64,000 bases of DNA from Nanobdellota archaeon (GTDB taxonomy: Archaea > Nanobdellota > Nanobdellia > Pacearchaeales > GW2011-AR1), in contig JAUSIK010000002.1 of assembly GCA_030648155.1 (NCBI GenBank), forward strand, positions 17,205-81,204. The letters run 5' to 3'. How positions within the stretch are numbered: position 1 is the first letter of the stretch; each line of letters opens with the position of its first letter. Made by a program: the position numbers and the translations under genes. This document shows, piece after piece, positions 58,583 through 64,000 of this stretch. The notes under the pieces are model-generated. The model searched no databases and had not been told where the DNA came from. It saw nothing but the letters and a program-made list of their open reading frames with translations.

Positions 58583-58993
58583 ATGAATAAAGACTATAAT
58601 AATTATTCTAGCAAAGAGGATGAGGAAGAAGAATTTTATCAAAGTTTAGAAGATAAATTAGAATATCATGAAAAAAATAAAATTAATTTTGGAAATATAC
58701 TTGGTTTTAAGTCTTCATATGCGGAAAGTTTAGATAAAATCTATATTGATGAAGATGAAAGAAAAAAAATTGAGGCAGAAGAGAATAGGACTACTCGGGG
58801 AAAAAATATTGCTTATTATATAGGGGGAGCGGTAGTATCCTTAACAGCCGCGACAATTTTTAATGAAATTTATAAACAAAATAAAGATCTCAACCCAAGA
58901 ATTTCAAATATGACTTTTGATGCTTCAATTTTATCTTTCATGTTAACAGTGTGTCTATTTTTTAGAGGATTTTACCAAGCATTTAGGAAATAA
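58583..58993 (+). CDS. Hypothetical protein with two C-terminal TM segments
   Basis: Acidic N-terminus and hydrophobic C-terminal helices. Confidence 0.6.
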   Translation: MNKDYNNYSSKEDEEEEFYQSLEDKLEYHEKNKINFGNILGFKSSYAESLDKIYIDEDERKKIEAEENRTTRGKNIAYYIGGAVVSLTAATIFNEIYKQNKDLNPRISNMTFDASILSFMLTVCLFFRGFYQAFRK

Positions 58994-58994
58994 T

Positions 58995-59807
58995 TTACCA
59001 CTCAAAATCAACATATTCGGAATAAGCATAACCTCCTCTATAAAAAACAGCTACATTTAATTTAGCTTTATCTCCTTCTTTCAATGGAATATTTTTTAAT
59101 GCCCCGTTCTCTGTATTCCAGTCAAACTGAAGGCTGATTACATTTCCTTCTTTTGGAAATACAATAATTTTATACCACATTCCTTCTTTTACTCCTTCAG
59201 GCGCATCCCATTCAACATACAAATCCTCTCCGTTTCTTTTCCAGGAAACATTTCTAGGATAATCTATAAAATCAGGTTGATAATTAACTTTCTGTTCCAA
59301 AACTAAATTTCCATCTTTGTAATAATTGAACTTATATTCTCCTTCAATAGGTAATCCTCCTTGTGAAGGGCCATATAAAACCCATCTCCTAGTTATTTCT
59401 CCAGAATAATTATTTATATTAAAATCTTTATTCAAGTTAAATTCATCCATCAATGGGCTAAATACGACTACCTTGTCTACGTCCCACAAAAAGCATTCTT
59501 CTAGTTCATCATAGTTGCTACCGCAATTAGACTTATACTCATAAGTCTTTCCATCAGGTCCATTACTGCTCCATACTTCAGGGTAAACATCAATTCCATT
59601 TCCTCTCCCAATTCCATAATTATTCCCTCCCCCAGCAATATTATCTACCCCCCTTAATATTTCGCCGCCAATTTCCCCGATACCATTGCCTCTGCCGTTT
59701 TTCCCCTCATTTTCATCACTTGAAAAATAATACCCCAAACCTAAAATCAAAACCAAAACAACTATTCCAAAAAGCCAATATCTAAAATAATCTCTTCCTT
59801 TATTCAT
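58995..59807 (-). CDS. Membrane-anchored secreted hypothetical protein with an Fn3-like C-terminus
   Basis: N-terminal TM, Gly-rich linker, YPRNVSW...LYVEWDAP...WYKI. Confidence 0.65.
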   Translation of the reverse strand: MNKGRDYFRYWLFGIVVLVLILGLGYYFSSDENEGKNGRGNGIGEIGGEILRGVDNIAGGGNNYGIGRGNGIDVYPEVWSSNGPDGKTYEYKSNCGSNYDELEECFLWDVDKVVVFSPLMDEFNLNKDFNINNYSGEITRRWVLYGPSQGGLPIEGEYKFNYYKDGNLVLEQKVNYQPDFIDYPRNVSWKRNGEDLYVEWDAPEGVKEGMWYKIIVFPKEGNVISLQFDWNTENGALKNIPLKEGDKAKLNVAVFYRGGYAYSEYVDFEW

Positions 59808-59831
59808 ATAAGGAATTGCCGTCGAGAATAT

Positions 59832-60068
59832 TTAAAGGTAACTCTTTAAAGATCTATGTGCTATTTGTCTTCCCGCATAACCAAAATAATAATTGAATGC
59901 ACCAGAGATAGTATTTCTTTTCTCTCTTAACTTATTTTCATATTCCCTTGCTTCTTCTTTTTTTCCAATAAATCTAGACATGGAATCAGGAATACCAATG
60001 AAATTAACACCAACATAAATACTTCCTAATAATCCAATACTTCCCCCAATTAATGCTTCTTCTAACAT
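59832..60068 (-). CDS. Small hypothetical membrane protein
   Basis: 78-aa ORF with a hydrophobic N-terminus. Confidence 0.5.
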   Translation of the reverse strand: MLEEALIGGSIGLLGSIYVGVNFIGIPDSMSRFIGKKEEAREYENKLREKRNTISGAFNYYFGYAGRQIAHRSLKSYL

Positions 60069-60134
60069 ACTGGTTTGTGCCTTAACAAGTATATAAATTT
60101 ATTTTCAATTTTCTATGGTTTCTTTTCTGTTATT

Positions 60135-60596
60135 TTATATAGGCTTGCGCAAAATTAAGTTGATATTTTTGTAAAATTTTTCAGCATTTTCTAAGCTTTC
60201 TTTAGCTGGCTCGAGATTTGCTTGAGGTAATGTTCTATAAGTAAACTTTCCTCGTTTTGATTTCTCTTTTGCAAAGATTCCTAAAAGTTCTTCGGCTTTT
60301 ACAACAATATCTTTGTATATTATAACAAGTTCTTTGTCAATTTGACCAGAATCAGCCAATTTCTCAAATTCTTTTAAGGTCTTTTTATGTTCTTCCGGAG
60401 GAGATGTAATTATTCTCTTTGCGTAAAGAAGTGCTTTTGCAGAATAGAATATGCAATAATAAGAATTACTTATAACGTTACTGAAAAAAGTAGAGTCTTC
60501 TTTCAACTCTAATTCTGCTTTAAATTTTGTTTCAGTTGAGATTTTAAAAACAGCATTAGCTAAATCTAATTCATTTTTTGATCTATTCAAATACAA
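60135..60596 (-). CDS. HEPN-domain protein (toxin partner of the MNT)
   Basis: SNSYYCIFYSAKALL...EEHK...KRGKFTY...SLENAEKF. Directly downstream of the MNT. Confidence 0.8.
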   Translation of the reverse strand: MYLNRSKNELDLANAVFKISTETKFKAELELKEDSTFFSNVISNSYYCIFYSAKALLYAKRIITSPPEEHKKTLKEFEKLADSGQIDKELVIIYKDIVVKAEELLGIFAKEKSKRGKFTYRTLPQANLEPAKESLENAEKFYKNINLILRKPI

Positions 60597-60603
60597 TATT
60601 TCC

Positions 60604-61221
60604 TTATGGTCTGAATCCGTGTTTATGCGCCTCTTTTAATAATTGGTAATATATCTCGGAATTGTAAAATAGCCTATGCTTTATAAAAATTTGTTTTGCT
60701 AAATTCTCCTCTTCACGTAAAAGCATTTTTACAAAATCCTCAAAAGTTATATAATGCTCATCAATCTTCACAGCATGATTTAACTTTATTTCATTAACAT
60801 ATGGTTTAATCTTCTTTTCGACTTCTTTGTTTTCTATAAGAATGCAAATATCTAAATCAGAATTCTTGGTCTGCTTATTTTCTACGTAGCTTCCAAATAC
60901 AATGATAGAACAGTTCTTGACTGGCATCTTTTCAATTATTTCTGAAACAATTTTTATTTGCGAGAATGTTAAATTATTCTGGACTTCTAAGTATTGTAAA
61001 AACTGCAGGGCCAGAGGGTTCTCAAGATTTAACCTATAAATATCCAGATTCGCTTTTCTCGTTGAATTTAAAATATTATTAGTTAATAATAGTTTTAGAG
61101 CATTGAACACCCATGTTTTAGTTTTCTTATTTGTCTCCTTCATAATCTCTGCTATGCTTAATTCTTTAAATGGATTCTCCCTCCATACTTCTAATAACTT
61201 TATTTTCTCATTCGATATCAT
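60604..61221 (-). CDS. wHTH-MNT nucleotidyltransferase (antitoxin)
   Basis: LSIAEIMK...WVFNALK..L HTH, VFGSY......SDLDICIL. Confidence 0.85.
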   Translation of the reverse strand: MISNEKIKLLEVWRENPFKELSIAEIMKETNKKTKTWVFNALKLLLTNNILNSTRKANLDIYRLNLENPLALQFLQYLEVQNNLTFSQIKIVSEIIEKMPVKNCSIIVFGSYVENKQTKNSDLDICILIENKEVEKKIKPYVNEIKLNHAVKIDEHYITFEDFVKMLLREEENLAKQIFIKHRLFYNSEIYYQLLKEAHKHGFRP

Positions 61222-61400
61222 ATTCTTTATTAATGTTACTTATTTAAATAACTTTCGTTACTTATTAAAGTAATAGAAATTGCTTCTTTTCTAACAGGAT
61301 ACTCGTCCCATCACAAGAACAAATACAATCCTTCCATTCACAGTATCTAAATAATTTCTCTTTCCAATAAATCTAATTATACAGTAATTTCATAAATTAT

Positions 61401-61898
61401 CTAATTTTTATCTTTAATAGTTTCAAATCTTTCAAGTTTTTTATTCTTCATTACATTATCCCAATCAAAAATTTTACCATTCATTGCAATATAAACGCCT
61501 TTAGATAGAGTTTGCACGGCAGAAATTCCTGAACCAAGATTAAACAATGCGTCAGAATTTTTTTGATTATATGGAACCATTGCACCCAACAAGACTATTG
61601 TTTTATCCTTTATTTCATTACCAAGTGTTTTAGCAGTTTCTACCATTGTATCGGTGCCATGAGTTATGATTATTCTATCTTCTTTGGATTTTTTACATTC
61701 TTCTAAAACTCTTTGCCTATCTTTTTCATCCATTAATAAAGAATCTTTTGCCATAAGAAATTTAATCTCAATATCCGCATTACATCTACTTTGTTTTAAC
61801 ATTTTTGGGATATAGGACTCTTTGAAAGAATAAACATTATTTTCATCTATATTCTCACAATCAATAGTTCCACCACAAGTAATTAACTTTATTTTCAT
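61401..61898 (-). CDS. Short asparaginase-family protein (N-terminal domain only)
   Basis: TCGGTID, KDSL, ITHGTDTM, SDALFNLG. Confidence 0.88.
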   Translation of the reverse strand: MKIKLITCGGTIDCENIDENNVYSFKESYIPKMLKQSRCNADIEIKFLMAKDSLLMDEKDRQRVLEECKKSKEDRIIITHGTDTMVETAKTLGNEIKDKTIVLLGAMVPYNQKNSDALFNLGSGISAVQTLSKGVYIAMNGKIFDWDNVMKNKKLERFETIKDKN

Positions 61899-62093
61899 AG
61901 TGTTAATAGGATTAAGCCATTTTTAATCTTTATTATGTAAAAGTCCCGACACTTAACACCTTAATCCAAGTCCTGATTAATTAACAACACACTGAATCTC
62001 TAATATCTTCCCTTTTAAGCCCAAATATATCAATTATATTGCATATTAGGAATCTTTAAATACCCATATAAATTGAAATTTATATTCGGTAAA

Positions 62094-62876
62094 ATGAAAA
62101 GAAACACTATTTATAAAAACCGAAGCAATACACTAATTATAGGGTTGCTGGCATCGTTTATAATTATCTTAATTGTATCTAACTTATTTGCTTTTTATAT
62201 AATTAAAGAGAATATTGGCAAAATTACAAGTGATATAAGCTACATTACGGGCTCTATTTCAGGTTTAGTTTCTGCTGATAATTCTAATGGGGGGGTAAAT
62301 ACTCTAGAATCGTTTAAAAGAGAAATTTCAATTCCGATAGTTGCCGTTTCTGTGGAAGGTAAGGGGATATTGGGTAAATTAAACATTAAATTAGTACAAG
62401 GAGAAAATAATATACTAATAAACACAAATCCATTTCTAGAACTTGAAATTCAAAAATCAATAGCAAAAGGAGTTAGAGTCGCAAAACTGAAAACAGAGAA
62501 TTATAACTTGGATAAAGATCTAGTTTTTGATTTTCAAATCAGTAATTCGTCAGTTATGGGTGGAGAAAGTGCTGGAGCTGCCATTACAGTTGCATCAATA
62601 GCATTATTAAATGGAATAGAGATTAAAAATGATACAGCCATAACAGGAAGCATCAATTCTGACGGCAGTATAGGAAATATAGGCGGTGTAAAAGAAAAAG
62701 CAAAATCAGTTGCATCAGCAGGTTATAAATATTTTATAATACCACAAGGCCAATCTTCAATCCCTACTCCAGATGAAGGGGTTATCAATCTCAAAGAGTA
62801 TGCAAAACAAGAATGGAACTTAGAAATTATAGAGGTTTCAACTATTGAAGAAGCCCTTCCTTATTTTGTTAAATAA
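62094..62876 (+). CDS. Membrane-anchored Lon-type S16 serine protease domain protein
   Basis: GGESAGAA (catalytic Ser), ITGSINSDGSIGNIGGVKEKA (Lys), N-terminal TM. Confidence 0.85.
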   Translation: MKRNTIYKNRSNTLIIGLLASFIIILIVSNLFAFYIIKENIGKITSDISYITGSISGLVSADNSNGGVNTLESFKREISIPIVAVSVEGKGILGKLNIKLVQGENNILINTNPFLELEIQKSIAKGVRVAKLKTENYNLDKDLVFDFQISNSSVMGGESAGAAITVASIALLNGIEIKNDTAITGSINSDGSIGNIGGVKEKAKSVASAGYKYFIIPQGQSSIPTPDEGVINLKEYAKQEWNLEIIEVSTIEEALPYFVK

Positions 62877-62913
62877 AGAGTAAATTTTTATATAATGCAT
62901 AATCTAATAAATA

Positions 62914-63384
62914 ATGCCAAAAATTAGTTCAGGCTTACTAATGTATAAATTTGCTAATTCAGAATTAAAAGTATTTCTTGTTCACCCAGGGGGGCCTTTC
63001 TGGAAAAATAAAGATGAAGGTGCCTGGAGTGTTCCAAAAGGAGAAGTAGAAGAAAATGAAGACTTTCTAGATACAGCTAAAAGGGAATTTAGTGAAGAAG
63101 TAGGATTTATTCCAGAATCGGATAATTTTATCCCTCTAGGAGAAGTAGTGCAAAAATCAGGAAAAATCGTACATTGCTGGGCATTTCAAGGTGACTGGTC
63201 GGGATTATTAATGACTTCATCTTTTGTTACGATTGAATATCCAGTTAAATCAGGAAAATTTATTAAAATACCTGAAATAGACAAAGCTCAATTTTTTCCA
63301 ATTCAAGAAGCTAGGAAGAAAATAAATCCTTCTCAAAAAAACTTTCTGGATAGATTAGAAGCAATTCTTCAATCTTCCATTTAG
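62914..63384 (+). CDS. NUDIX hydrolase
   Basis: LVHPGGPFW...WSVPKGEVEENEDFLDTAKREFSEEVG Nudix box. Confidence 0.92.
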   Translation: MPKISSGLLMYKFANSELKVFLVHPGGPFWKNKDEGAWSVPKGEVEENEDFLDTAKREFSEEVGFIPESDNFIPLGEVVQKSGKIVHCWAFQGDWSGLLMTSSFVTIEYPVKSGKFIKIPEIDKAQFFPIQEARKKINPSQKNFLDRLEAILQSSI

Positions 63385-63398
63385 ATACTCACCTAATA

Positions 63399-63869
63399 TT
63401 ATCCACACCCTTTAATTAAACTTGGAGATCTTTTAAAATATTCAATTCCAAACCCATTGTATTTTTCAGGTAGATTTAATTTTTCCCTTAAACCTAAATC
63501 TTCATTTAATTCAACTCTTAAAAAAGGTTGAATAGAACCAAATCTCCATGATGTTTTTCTAACTTTTACAGCAGTACTAACTCTTCCAATAAATGGATTT
63601 TCTGGCCTTCTATTATAATAATTATTTTGAGTTCCATCGTAAAACGTTGCCTCACCACTTATACAATCCGATGAAGATCTCCCTTTAAGTAGCCTATCTA
63701 AAAAATCTTTGGTGGTTTTAATCCCATGTTCTGAACGCAATGCCTCAACATAATCGCTTCTTTTTCTCCTACTATTGTCCATGTATTGATGCACAAAACC
63801 CTGGTAAGCATTTCTAAGCCCGTCATCTAAAAGAGCCATTCTTATATTATCTACAGTTAGGAAATTCAT
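63399..63869 (-). CDS. Hypothetical protein
   Basis: 156-aa ORF. Confidence 0.55.
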   Translation of the reverse strand: MNFLTVDNIRMALLDDGLRNAYQGFVHQYMDNSRRKRSDYVEALRSEHGIKTTKDFLDRLLKGRSSSDCISGEATFYDGTQNNYYNRRPENPFIGRVSTAVKVRKTSWRFGSIQPFLRVELNEDLGLREKLNLPEKYNGFGIEYFKRSPSLIKGCG

Positions 63870-63968
63870 ATTTTTAAATGAATTATAAAATATATAAATT
63901 TTATTGCTTATTAAGCCAAAATTTACAATTAAAAAAGATTTTTAAACCAAGCTATTCTAATATAAACA

Positions 63969-64000
63969 ATGAAAAGAGGCAAGTATATTTCCGTTTTAGT
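63969..64000 (+). CDS. Probable 5' end of a gene running out of the window
   Basis: ATG AAA AGA GGC AAG... after a TTTTTAAA box. Confidence 0.35.
   Translation, partial: MKRGKYISVL

Overview
AT-rich archaeal chromosome segment, most consistent with a DPANN archaeon of the Pacearchaeota/Woesearchaeota type. The evidence is archaeal L35Ae and L10e, an archaeal-type GluRS, a ThrRS with an archaeal editing domain, class III signal peptide pilins and BRE/TATA promoters about 25-30 bp before ATG. The taxon is inferred, not searched. Housekeeping genes (rpl35ae, rpl10e, ppsA, gltX, thrS, lemA, htpX) are mixed with large Cys-rich or secreted surface proteins, four pilin-like genes, toxin-antitoxin modules and many hypotheticals. 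The standout is an ~11.4 kb locus at 20811-32192. It has an SNF2-type helicase fused to a class I SAM-methyltransferase-like domain, followed by six co-oriented paralogues (the first five overlapping), plus one divergent paralogue. These are built from about 29 copies of a ~65-aa basic helical repeat (GxW...LP...L...G...L..AI..YHGG...R..LG). Each ends in a shared L-x-x-(L/I/V)-L-x-x-Y tail, and there is DNA-level evidence of recent module exchange. It is a candidate undescribed modular nucleic-acid recognition or defence system. The window also holds two different ~90-bp non-autonomous mobile elements (two copies each, one copy of each splitting an ORF), REP-like hairpins and a degenerate same-strand intergenic repeat. 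No rRNA, tRNA or CRISPR array was recognised.
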